From assembly GCA_037446635.1 (NCBI GenBank), contig JBBIIG010000001.1:163268-227267 (forward strand): DNA of 64,000 nt, written 5' to 3'. Source of the stretch: a bacterium (GTDB lineage: Bacteria > Zhuqueibacterota > Zhuqueibacteria > Oceanimicrobiales > Oceanimicrobiaceae). Both the position numbers and the translations under genes were made by a program. Numbering within the stretch: position 1 is the stretch's first letter; every line of letters begins with the position of its first letter. Under the pieces are notes generated by a model. It was not told where the DNA came from. It searched no databases and was given only the letters and a program-made list of their open reading frames with translations. Of this stretch, positions 24,201 to 30,992 are shown one piece after another.

Positions 24201-25662
24201 GGCAGAGCATGGGCGTCAGCAGGACCGCCACAAGGAAAGACACCGCCAGCGCGATCGCCACGCTCACGGGGAGCGCCGCGATGAACTCGCCGGCGGAGCC
24301 TGTGATGATCAAGAGCGGCAGAAACGAGCAGATGATCGTTACGGTCGCAGTGAGGACGGGGACCAGAACCTCGGTGGCGCATCTCCAAGCCGCCTCGCTT
24401 CTCGGGACCTTGTGGTCCAGAAGCTCGACGTAGTTGTCGGCGATCACGATGGCGTCGTCCACCACGATCCCGAGCACCACGATGAGGGCCGCGATGGAGA
24501 CCTGATGTAGGGCGATCCCCAGGGCGTTCATGACGCCAAGAGTCCCGCACAGGGTGACCGGGATGGCCAGGGCCGCGATGAGAGCAACTCGAAACGGGAG
24601 AAGGAAAAGAGTGACGATGATGACCGAACCGATGGCCAGCAGGAACTCGTGCGATAGGTGCGTGATCCGCTCCTCGACGACTCCGGGCTGGTTGGCGACG
24701 AGATCCAACTGAACGTCAGGGGGAAGGAGCCCTCTGAGGTGGTGGAAGACCTTTTCGAGTTGCTCGCCGAGCTCAACGATGTTCTTTCCCTTCTGCATCT
24801 CGACGGAGAGGAGCAAGCAGGGCTCGCCGTCGTAGCGCACCAGGAAGTTCGGATCTTGGTATCGCCGCTCGACGTTGGCGAAGTCCTTGATGTAGGTCGG
24901 ATGGCCCTCTCTGGAAACGTCCACAAGCACGTTACGTATTTCGTCTTCGGTATTGAAGATCCCGCTAGTCCTCATTGGGATCTTGGTCTGGTCCGCTTCG
25001 AAATTCCCTGCGCTCTGAATGGCGTTTCGCTGCATGAGCGCATTCGCCACCTGCCGCGGATTGGCGAAGTACTGCGCCATCCTTTCCATGCTGCTGGTGA
25101 CCCAGATCTCTTCTCCCTGCGTCCCGTACGTCACGAGCTTTCCCACTTCGCGCACCGTGCGCATTTCATCATGGATCTTATCCGCGTAGTCCCGCAGTTC
25201 CCGGTAGCCGTAGCGCTTCCCGTGGATGGCGATCAGCATCGCCACCGTGTCGCCGAAATCGGAGTCAACCACCGGCCCTCTGACGCCGTCGGGGAGCTCG
25301 GTGGCGCGTACCAGGTTCATTTCATGCCGCAGCTTCGCCCAGAACTGGTCGGAATTCTTGATGTTGTCCTCCAGCTCGACGTTGATGATGACGAGACCGG
25401 GACGGCTCGTCGAATAGGTCTTGTCCTTCCGCACCTCCGGAAACTTGAAGATGTGTTTTTCCAGGGTTTTCGTGACCTGCTTTTCCACCTGCTCGGAGGT
25501 CGCTCCCGGGTAAATCGCGGCGACAAGCCCGGTCCTGATGGTAATCGTCGGATCTTCCGTGCGCTGCATTTTCAGGAAGGCGTGAATGCCGATAGAGACC
25601 ACCATGGCGGTCAGGATCAGCGTGACGGAGGGATAGCGAAGTGAAGATTTTATCGGAGTCAT
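21253..25662 (-). CDS. RND (AcrB/HAE1-like) inner-membrane pump fused in frame to a TolC/NodT-type outer-membrane factor
   Basis: Single 1469-aa ORF. About 1022 aa are RND, ending ...LVIPVLFVVIKSRSLNR. The next segment, VAVAVVLAACALLAGG, is a signal peptide with lipobox LAAC, followed by ~430 aa of coiled OMF sequence. The junction GTG codon is at 22596..22594, with no stop in frame. Confidence 0.85.
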   Translation of the reverse strand: MTPIKSSLRYPSVTLILTAMVVSIGIHAFLKMQRTEDPTITIRTGLVAAIYPGATSEQVEKQVTKTLEKHIFKFPEVRKDKTYSTSRPGLVIINVELEDNIKNSDQFWAKLRHEMNLVRATELPDGVRGPVVDSDFGDTVAMLIAIHGKRYGYRELRDYADKIHDEMRTVREVGKLVTYGTQGEEIWVTSSMERMAQYFANPRQVANALMQRNAIQSAGNFEADQTKIPMRTSGIFNTEDEIRNVLVDVSREGHPTYIKDFANVERRYQDPNFLVRYDGEPCLLLSVEMQKGKNIVELGEQLEKVFHHLRGLLPPDVQLDLVANQPGVVEERITHLSHEFLLAIGSVIIVTLFLLPFRVALIAALAIPVTLCGTLGVMNALGIALHQVSIAALIVVLGIVVDDAIVIADNYVELLDHKVPRSEAAWRCATEVLVPVLTATVTIICSFLPLLIITGSAGEFIAALPVSVAIALAVSFLVAVLLTPMLCRTFIKKGLHDHEAVKSDGKEKVSLLDRLQRGYGTLINLFMNRKGLAFVLGGGAFAFGVMLFTLVPQQFFPSAERNQFVIDVWMPQGTRIEATDAIMQRIEKALSSSNGVAHYATFVGQSAPRFYYNVNPQQPDGAYGQFIVNTASVEATSRLVKELRSSLAALVPEAMVIVKELQQGAQVEAPIEVRISGDDIDELKRLGEEVREILEDIPGSQYVHRDYFNDSYMLDVKVNDELANRLGIRNASVSQILYGAFDGAAVSTFWEGDRAVTIKLRLDPASRSSFEDIWDTYLDSELTRARVPLRAIATLEPEWQTSRIVRRNGVRTLTVRAFAKPGIYASKILEQARPQLEALELSAGYRIEYGGEEFNQNETFPQMLVALAISLLAIFLVLLVQFKSISDPLVVMASIPLTLFGAVFGLLITHNPFGFTAFMGMISLCGIVVRNGIILVDYCNEKVAEGETLEQAAREAGARRLRPIFLTTMAAAVGVTPMILSGSSLWSPLASVIAFGLIFSMFFTLLVIPVLFVVIKSRSLNRVAVAVVLAACALLAGGREASAQPVRRSLTLPQAVELALQQNAAVKIARERISETQGKIVSTRSQYFPQLYNNTKYMALSDKQLVTIPAGSLGNINGSPFPDHDVSVNQSSSTILYTETTLAQPTTQILKIHEANKIARADRSIVVADLKRSENEIVLSIYQLYYALLIATKDKEAVEASLLAAQEYLREAEEGVRAGNLLEMAVTGARANLLQRRQTLIVAEKQISDLTADLNDLLGLPGDDTLEVTESGLPDLAEPSREEAHEQALAENGELIAARETLEKSRHAVRAAKYEYIPDVTLFARHGYQDGAPFLKENIGIFGAELTWNIFDWGRRKGEIRQRAAQRSQAREKLAETERRIGIEIDKAFRNLERSKQMVDVAREALALSRENVRISEDGTRAGTVTAAKHAETVAALKKAEANQLQASLQYQLALAELDRIQGVLAKRR

Positions 25663-25687
25663 GACTCTGTTCCTTTTTAGGTTAAAT

Positions 25688-26800
25688 TCATCTGCTGGTC
25701 TGCTCTTCCGTTGCCGATACAGCCAGCCCGTCTCTGAGCTTTGTCTGTCCGGCCAGCACGATCAGTTCGTCACCGGAAAGCCCGCTTTTTATCTCGACGT
25801 CGTTGTCGATGAGCGCTCCGACGTCCACACGCTTGGCATACACCCGCTTCTGGTCGGGATAATAGACGAAGACCTGCGTCGCGCCTTGTGGATCACGGAC
25901 CACCGCACCCCCCGGAAGCGTCACCATCGCTATCGTCCGGTCCCCGCGGATGGTTGCTTTCGCGACCATCCCAACACGCAAGAGGTGTTCGGGATTTGCC
26001 ACGGTGATTCTGGTCATGTAGGTCCGGGTGTTGGGATCGGCTGAAACGTTGATGACGCGAACCGTGCCCCGGAAAGACTTTCCCGGGAGGGCGGGAACGG
26101 TGATATCCGCTTGTTGCCCGATCCTAACGCTGTGAACGTCCGTCTCCGGTACGCCAACATTCACCTCCATCGGATCCATCTGGACGATCTCAAAGACGGG
26201 GTGTCCGGCAGCGGCGACGTCGCCGGGTTCAATCAACCTTTTGGCGATGTAGCCGCTGGCGGGGGCACGCAGGGTCCCATCCGTAAGACGCTTCCTGGAC
26301 AGTTTCTCCGAGGCAACGGCGTGCTCGTGTTGCTGTACGGCGGCATCATACGCAGCCTTGTAGTTCAGAAAGTCGTTTGGAGCCAGGCTCTTCGAGTCGT
26401 AGAGCATCTTCATGCGCTGGAACTCGTCCTCTGCCCGCTCCAGGCGGACGCGGGCCTGATCTGCTTGCGCTTTGGCCGCCGCCAGGGCCAGATGGTAATC
26501 GGTCGAGTCAATTAAGGCAAGCACCTGCCCCTTCTTCACGAATTCCCCTTCCCGCGGCCCCACGAACACCACCTTGCCGGATACGAGAAAACCCACCTGC
26601 GCAGGGGAGTTCGGCGTCGAAACCGTCCCGCTCACGGAGACGGTTTCCCTCTCCTGAACCTTTTGGACCCGTCCGACAATCACGGGGACGGCGACACTGT
26701 TCGATTCCTTGCTTTGTTTGTCACCTGTGCAGGCGGTCAGCGAGACCCCCAAAAAGGACAGGCAGACCGCTGCGACAACGGATGTAAGACTACTTTTCAT
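25688..26800 (-). CDS. RND efflux periplasmic adaptor (MFP/HlyD family) lipoprotein
   Basis: Start placed at MKSSLTSVVAAVCLSFLGVSLTAC (ATG 26800, AAGGAG upstream). Lipobox LTAC. Coiled-coil hairpin and C-terminal beta-barrel pattern. Confidence 0.88.
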   Translation of the reverse strand: MKSSLTSVVAAVCLSFLGVSLTACTGDKQSKESNSVAVPVIVGRVQKVQERETVSVSGTVSTPNSPAQVGFLVSGKVVFVGPREGEFVKKGQVLALIDSTDYHLALAAAKAQADQARVRLERAEDEFQRMKMLYDSKSLAPNDFLNYKAAYDAAVQQHEHAVASEKLSRKRLTDGTLRAPASGYIAKRLIEPGDVAAAGHPVFEIVQMDPMEVNVGVPETDVHSVRIGQQADITVPALPGKSFRGTVRVINVSADPNTRTYMTRITVANPEHLLRVGMVAKATIRGDRTIAMVTLPGGAVVRDPQGATQVFVYYPDQKRVYAKRVDVGALIDNDVEIKSGLSGDELIVLAGQTKLRDGLAVSATEEQTSR

Positions 26801-26847
26801 TTTATGGCGCTCCTTTACCTTAAATAAGAATGAACTGATTTGTCGGC

Positions 26848-27204
26848 TTAGTTGATTTTGTTTCGATTTAGAATTTTCTGGATGCAATAGTTGATAGCAT
26901 CGTCATCCTGACTCCCCTGAATAATGTCGTCAGCAATCCACGAACGAAAATCATGTTGCATATCATCGTTACCCCCCAGAAATAAAATCTTGACGCCCTT
27001 CAAATTGGGTGCTATTTGCACAACTTCATCGAGACTGTGCTCGTCCATGTCAACAACGAGCATATCCAACTGTGATTTTGTTATCACTGCGGGAATTTGG
27101 TCGAGTGTGTCAGTGATAGAGACGGTGTGTCCTTGGCGCTGTAAAAGGGCAGTCAGCAAGCTGTTTCTTTGCGCGTCACTTTTAACTAGGATGATTCGAG
27201 ACAT
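26848..27204 (-). CDS. Stand-alone receiver-domain protein, atypical
   Basis: Start at MSRIILV (ATG 27204, GGGAG upstream). CheY-like beta/alpha pattern with the phospho-Asp context MLVVDMD. The usual Thr/Ser (ILFLGGN) and Lys-Pro (ADDIIQGS) positions appear substituted. Confidence 0.7.
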   Translation of the reverse strand: MSRIILVKSDAQRNSLLTALLQRQGHTVSITDTLDQIPAVITKSQLDMLVVDMDEHSLDEVVQIAPNLKGVKILFLGGNDDMQHDFRSWIADDIIQGSQDDDAINYCIQKILNRNKIN

Positions 27205-27298
27205 TTTGATTACTCCCTTCAAATTTGACCGTTCAATCAAAACAAGAATATTTGTTCTTGCCGCCATCGCCCCGGTCTCTCTACCCTTGCTATGGCAT

Positions 27299-27324
27299 CT
27301 CCGGCTGGATCGCTCCAGCCGGAG
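27299..27324. repeat. Perfect 11-bp-stem hairpin (CTCCGGCTGGA tcgc TCCAGCCGGAG)
   Basis: Read directly. Lies between the candidate sigma-54 promoter (27417..27432) and the receiver gene start. No flanking U-tract on either strand. Confidence 0.6.
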
Positions 27325-27416
27325 ATGAGGAGGAAGGGATGTTGGGGGCTCTGCTCAAAGCAACTCAGATTATGATTTGCGCTGGCTGAACTGTTGTTTG
27401 CTCTGGCCATACTTTA

Positions 27417-27432
27417 CCAAGTGTCGTGCCAA
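27417..27432 (-). promoter_or_regulatory. Candidate sigma-54 promoter (copy 2 of the paralogous module)
   Basis: Minus strand reads TTGGCACgacacTTGG with correct -24/-12 spacing. The surrounding ~50 bp is homologous to the region around 31415..31430. Confidence 0.45.
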
Positions 27433-27568
27433 GTGTATTTTGGCAGAATTTAGGTCTATGTAAGCGCTTTTTATATATGGAGTTATGTAGAATGATAAAA
27501 GAACGCGGTCAAGGCATGAAAAACGACGGGCTTTGTGAGATATCAAAAGTTTTATGATATATCATAAT

Positions 27569-27945
27569 TCATAAAAACATGAGACGAATTCCTAATTTTT
27601 TCATGCGGAAAGCAGGGTTCAGACAATTGATTCCGAGAATTTAGGCAGCACATCCAGACCGCTAACCCGGCGCGTGAAGTCGAGGGCTTTCAAATGTGCG
27701 GCGTTCCAATTCAGTCAATTGGCACTACGAAGAAAATGGGCGGATCGTCATCGAGGGAAGAAACCAAAGTAATCATGGATGAATTTGAGCAAGTCATCGA
27801 TGATGGCCTGCGCGGTGACTTCGCCTTTGTCGTAGCCGTATTATTAGTTGAGGAAACGATGCAGGAGCAACCGGTGGAGACTCTTTGATTTAGATGATGA
27901 CGTGTGGGAAAAGCCGGGTCCCATCTCGTGTTTGGTGCCGCGTCA
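27569..27945 (-). pseudogene. Decayed remnant of a sigma-54-dependent activator (C-terminal part, paralog of 31563..32984)
   Basis: The minus strand gives recognisable pieces in shifting frames with stops. LLLHRFLN**YGYDKGEVTAQAIIDDLLKF matches the AAA+ C-terminal region. LTELERR / NAAHLKALDFTRRVSG compares with [28 protein letters not shown]....RMKKLGI compares with [21 protein letters not shown]. Confidence 0.6.
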
Positions 27946-28035
27946 TATTTTTAACTCCATTTTGCTGCTTCTTTAGTATGAAACGCGGTAAAGTGACCGC
28001 TAACTAGCAGGCGCATGTGAAGCTAAACCTTTGCG

Positions 28036-28414
28036 TCAGTCCCAACTTTTAATCCGCAATGGAGCCAACTTCCAGCGTTCGTTTTCCACGAAGGCTGCCA
28101 AAGCGGTCAGAACGATGGTCATTGGCAGGGCGAAAAACTCACCACGAATGATATGGAGTATGGATGCGCTCGTCATAATGAACCCGAGGCCACCGGCAGC
28201 GACCGCTGTCAACTGTGGAAAAACCCCCGTGGCCGCTGGCACAATCAGTCCAATGGCAGCGAGCAACTCGCCGATGCCAATAAAACGCACCAATCCGGCC
28301 GGCACGTCGGCTACCCAGTGGATCGTCTTCGCCAGGAAGTCAAGTTGAAACGTCATCATGAAACCCGCTATCAAGAAGAATCGCGAGGAAAGCCTGAGCA
28401 ATCCACAAGAGCAT
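28036..28414 (-). pseudogene. DoxX_2-like membrane protein with an apparent frameshift near 28370..28385
   Basis: The body (FLIAGFMMTFQLDFLAKTIHWVADVPAGLVRFIGIGELLAAIGLIVPA...) is in one frame. The family-typical N-terminus MLLWIAQAFLAIL (ATG 28414) is in another frame, where it forms the tail of ORF 28340..28873. Confidence 0.55.
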
Positions 28415-28873
28415 ATTCGAGTAGCTGCTGATTGGCAGATTGCTATCCTCAGAAATGAGTCTTACCTTATCACCATCCTTAATTTTGGAGCCACCTCCGG
28501 TGACAATCAGGTCGCCTTCCTCAATCCCTTGCAGTATCCTCAAACCTTTTGAGGAAAAATCACTTATTTCGACGACTTGTCGTCGGGCAATTCCGAATCC
28601 CGGCTCGGTCGGTTCAATTAGGTACACGTAGGGGCCGCGGTAATCGGCATTAACTGCATGAGATGGAACATAAATAGCTCCATCTTGCTCCTCGCTGGCA
28701 AATACTTTTTCATAATACACGGGATGAATGAGAGGTTGAGCCACCTTTTCCTCCTTCGTGCAAGAGCACAATGTTACTGCTGTCAGGAAAGCCATAATGG
28801 CGGGCAGGAACCAAATACTATGGGATTGTAAATTCATTGTCATTGTTGAGGTCCTCATTTTATTTTCTGTCAT
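28340..28873 (-). CDS. Small lipoprotein resembling only the C-terminal domain of an RND periplasmic adaptor (likely a truncated remnant)
   Basis: Signal peptide and lipobox (AFLTAVTLCSC; probable start M at 28837). YVYLIEP...GIARRQVVEISDFSSKGLRILQGIEEGDLIVTGGGSKIKDGDKVRL resembles the adaptor C-terminal barrel. Reads through into the DoxX N-terminus. Confidence 0.5.
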   Translation of the reverse strand: MTENKMRTSTMTMNLQSHSIWFLPAIMAFLTAVTLCSCTKEEKVAQPLIHPVYYEKVFASEEQDGAIYVPSHAVNADYRGPYVYLIEPTEPGFGIARRQVVEISDFSSKGLRILQGIEEGDLIVTGGGSKIKDGDKVRLISEDSNLPISSYSNMLLWIAQAFLAILLDSGFHDDVST

Positions 28874-28980
28874 TAAACCTGGACGGCCAACTCTGATCTA
28901 GTCTTCCTCGTACCTTTTTTTGTATAAAACCATTGTCTCGTTGTGACTTTCTCAAAGAATGGCGCTGATACCGGCCAGCG

Positions 28981-29193
28981 CTAATGTTTACTCACCAAGA
29001 AGCCGGACACAATAAATGCGATCACCACGAACATCAGGGCTTCATAGTGCGGGTTACTGAACCATGTGCAACATCTGTCAAGCAGGCCCTGGAGTTTGCC
29101 ATTTTGATCGAGCAAAGAGCGCATGATACCCATTACAATTGTCCAGCCAAACCAGCGTTTGATACTTCGCATGTAAAATCTCCTTTCACTCAA
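28981..29193 (-). CDS. Small hypothetical membrane protein (about 63-70 aa)
   Basis: ORF track. Two hydrophobic segments (WFGWTIVMGIM and LMFVVIAFIVSGFLV). Co-directional with its neighbours. Confidence 0.4.
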   Translation of the reverse strand: MSERRFYMRSIKRWFGWTIVMGIMRSLLDQNGKLQGLLDRCCTWFSNPHYEALMFVVIAFIVSGFLVSKH

Positions 29194-29243
29194 CTTTTGA
29201 CATCAAGATTAATTCTCCACCCTTACGAAAGCCAGGATTCCAA

Positions 29244-29792
29244 TCAGATCGTCGGCGGAAACTTTGCGAGAATTTCGACAATGGCTTCATCGAGTTTTCT
29301 ATTAAGCGCTTTGGCTGATGCGTTCGGATCGAGCGTTCCAATCGCGACGCCACGCCACACCAACTGTTTAGTACGGGCATCGATGATGTCGAGGATCAAC
29401 GTCCCTTCTTTGAATTGATGGACATCAACGCGGTCGCCACCAAACCACCGGCCAAAGCGTCCATGACCATACCCCCAATCCGTGACATCGATCCTGTCTT
29501 GCGCGCCCACGTGATAAGCGACCAGGAAGTCCGGGCTGGTTGCATCCTTGGTGAATCCTTTGGCGGCCAAATGGCGATCAGCGGATTGTTTGATGCGCTT
29601 GTCCAACAGGCTGTTACTCTGCAAGGCAGCTTCCACGCTGCCTGTGCCGTTGATTGGCGCAGACATCCAGGCGTAGGTTTTGAAGGCCGCAAAGTTGGCT
29701 TCACTGTCATAGTCATGCTTGACGCTCACGGGTGAACAACCGATGGCCAACGCCAGCAGACTTAGGGTCAGAGACAGAACTGTGGTTTTCAT
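29244..29792 (-). CDS. DUF4136 family lipoprotein
   Basis: Start at MKTTVLSLTLSLLALAIGCS (ATG 29792; lipobox AIGC). Family-typical DYDSEANFAAFKTYAW and GTLILDIIDARTKQLVWRGVA. Confidence 0.8.
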   Translation of the reverse strand: MKTTVLSLTLSLLALAIGCSPVSVKHDYDSEANFAAFKTYAWMSAPINGTGSVEAALQSNSLLDKRIKQSADRHLAAKGFTKDATSPDFLVAYHVGAQDRIDVTDWGYGHGRFGRWFGGDRVDVHQFKEGTLILDIIDARTKQLVWRGVAIGTLDPNASAKALNRKLDEAIVEILAKFPPTI

Positions 29793-29808
29793 ATAAGACT
29801 CCCCTGTT

Positions 29809-30369
29809 TCAATGAATCGCCTGGCTTGCCGGAGGTGTGCGGTATTTAACCAGGCGGACTTGCGTTCCCTTTCTGCGTTCAGAGGCAAAGTAAACCTGAT
29901 CCATCACTAAGATCATCAGTAGGACGCCGCAATCTCCTTGCTGCAGTCTTGAAAGAAGCCTCCTGGCGTTTCGCTTTTTGTACTGCTTGTGATAAAAGCC
30001 TTGACCTTGATCACTCACTGCCACCGTCAGCTTTTGATTGTCAATTGTTATCCGAAGGTGAAGACGCTTGCTCTCGTCTTTAGTCTGTAGGTGTTTAATC
30101 GCCTTCACGCAGGCCTGCTCAACCGCAACCTCAATATCTATCACCGCCGTTTCGTCAAAACCCGCTTTTTGAGAAATCGTGGCGACGAAGCTGCGAATTG
30201 GTTCCAGATTTTCGGTATGGCTCGGGATTGTCAGCTCATAAACGTCCCCCATATTGGCTAAGCCAGTCACTGTCTTTGAGAGATCATTGGGCGCGCTCGC
30301 AAGAACATCTGTGGAAACGTCACTTGCATTCGCCACAAAGCCCCTGAGTGTAGTTTGATTTTGAAACAT
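29809..30369 (-). CDS. RsbW/SpoIIAB-like HATPase_c_2 protein (anti-sigma-factor kinase fold), atypical N-box
   Basis: Start at MFQNQ (ATG 30369, AGGAAA upstream). VAVEQACVKAIKH sits where E..tNa..H is expected. G1-like VSDQGQGF. LVMDQV. No STAS partner nearby. Confidence 0.65.
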   Translation of the reverse strand: MFQNQTTLRGFVANASDVSTDVLASAPNDLSKTVTGLANMGDVYELTIPSHTENLEPIRSFVATISQKAGFDETAVIDIEVAVEQACVKAIKHLQTKDESKRLHLRITIDNQKLTVAVSDQGQGFYHKQYKKRNARRLLSRLQQGDCGVLLMILVMDQVYFASERRKGTQVRLVKYRTPPASQAIH

Positions 30370-30511
30370 CGCTTTTTCCTTTCCAAGTACATAACTTGAG
30401 CGTAAACGGCCTGATAAGCAAAGCGGAAGATGAAGTTTGATTGCAGAACAGACGTCGGAATTACCGATCATAGCAAATGTACCTCTGCTTGCCAGTCCGC
30501 CATATTGGGCG

Positions 30512-30976
30512 TCAAGTCCTTTCTTCTATCAGCCATTCCATTACTCCTTCTCTCCCTTGCACGCGCTGTATGCGTTGCTCTGAATGTGCTTTCTGCCGTC
30601 CATCCAAGCTCAACGCGCCAGCGCCGAAGTAAGAGATGAGAAGCGCAGCACCCAACATAGAGAGATTCTTCATAAACATCACCTGATGCATCTGGGCCAA
30701 CATGCTATCCTGTACAGCCCAGAAGTTGTGCATCATCACCGTGACCGGCAACAGGAACAATACCAGTAGCGACGCGCCCAATTTGGCTTTATAACCGAGG
30801 GCGATGCTGAGACCTCCCAAGAGTGCGATCACTCCGGAGAGCGGAACTGCCATCGAAGCCAATGGGATTCCCTGTGCTGCTGCATGTTCAATTGTCTGCT
30901 TCGAAAAAAGGCTGATGCCGGCCATCATGAAGATGAGCGAGAAGAAAATTCTTCCAATCAGTACTGTGTACTTCAT
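30512..30976 (-). CDS. DoxX family membrane protein
   Basis: 154 aa. Four hydrophobic helices. Typical LIGRIFFSLIFMMAGISLF and HNFW motifs. Confidence 0.85.
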   Translation of the reverse strand: MKYTVLIGRIFFSLIFMMAGISLFSKQTIEHAAAQGIPLASMAVPLSGVIALLGGLSIALGYKAKLGASLLVLFLLPVTVMMHNFWAVQDSMLAQMHQVMFMKNLSMLGAALLISYFGAGALSLDGRQKAHSEQRIQRVQGREGVMEWLIEERT

Positions 30977-30992
30977 TGTTGTAATCTCCTTG

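Noticed and set aside
22291-24550. Long ORFs overlapping or antisense to the RND gene (22291..23331 +, 23321..24550 -). Similar shadow ORFs occur elsewhere (17887..18843 +, 45381..46355 -, 53498..54568 -, 40585..41508 +, 10822..11685 +).
   Set aside because: Their Arg/Gly/Pro/His-rich, low-complexity translations are typical of off-frame reading in GC-rich genes. Each is fully contained in a gene with clear family motifs.
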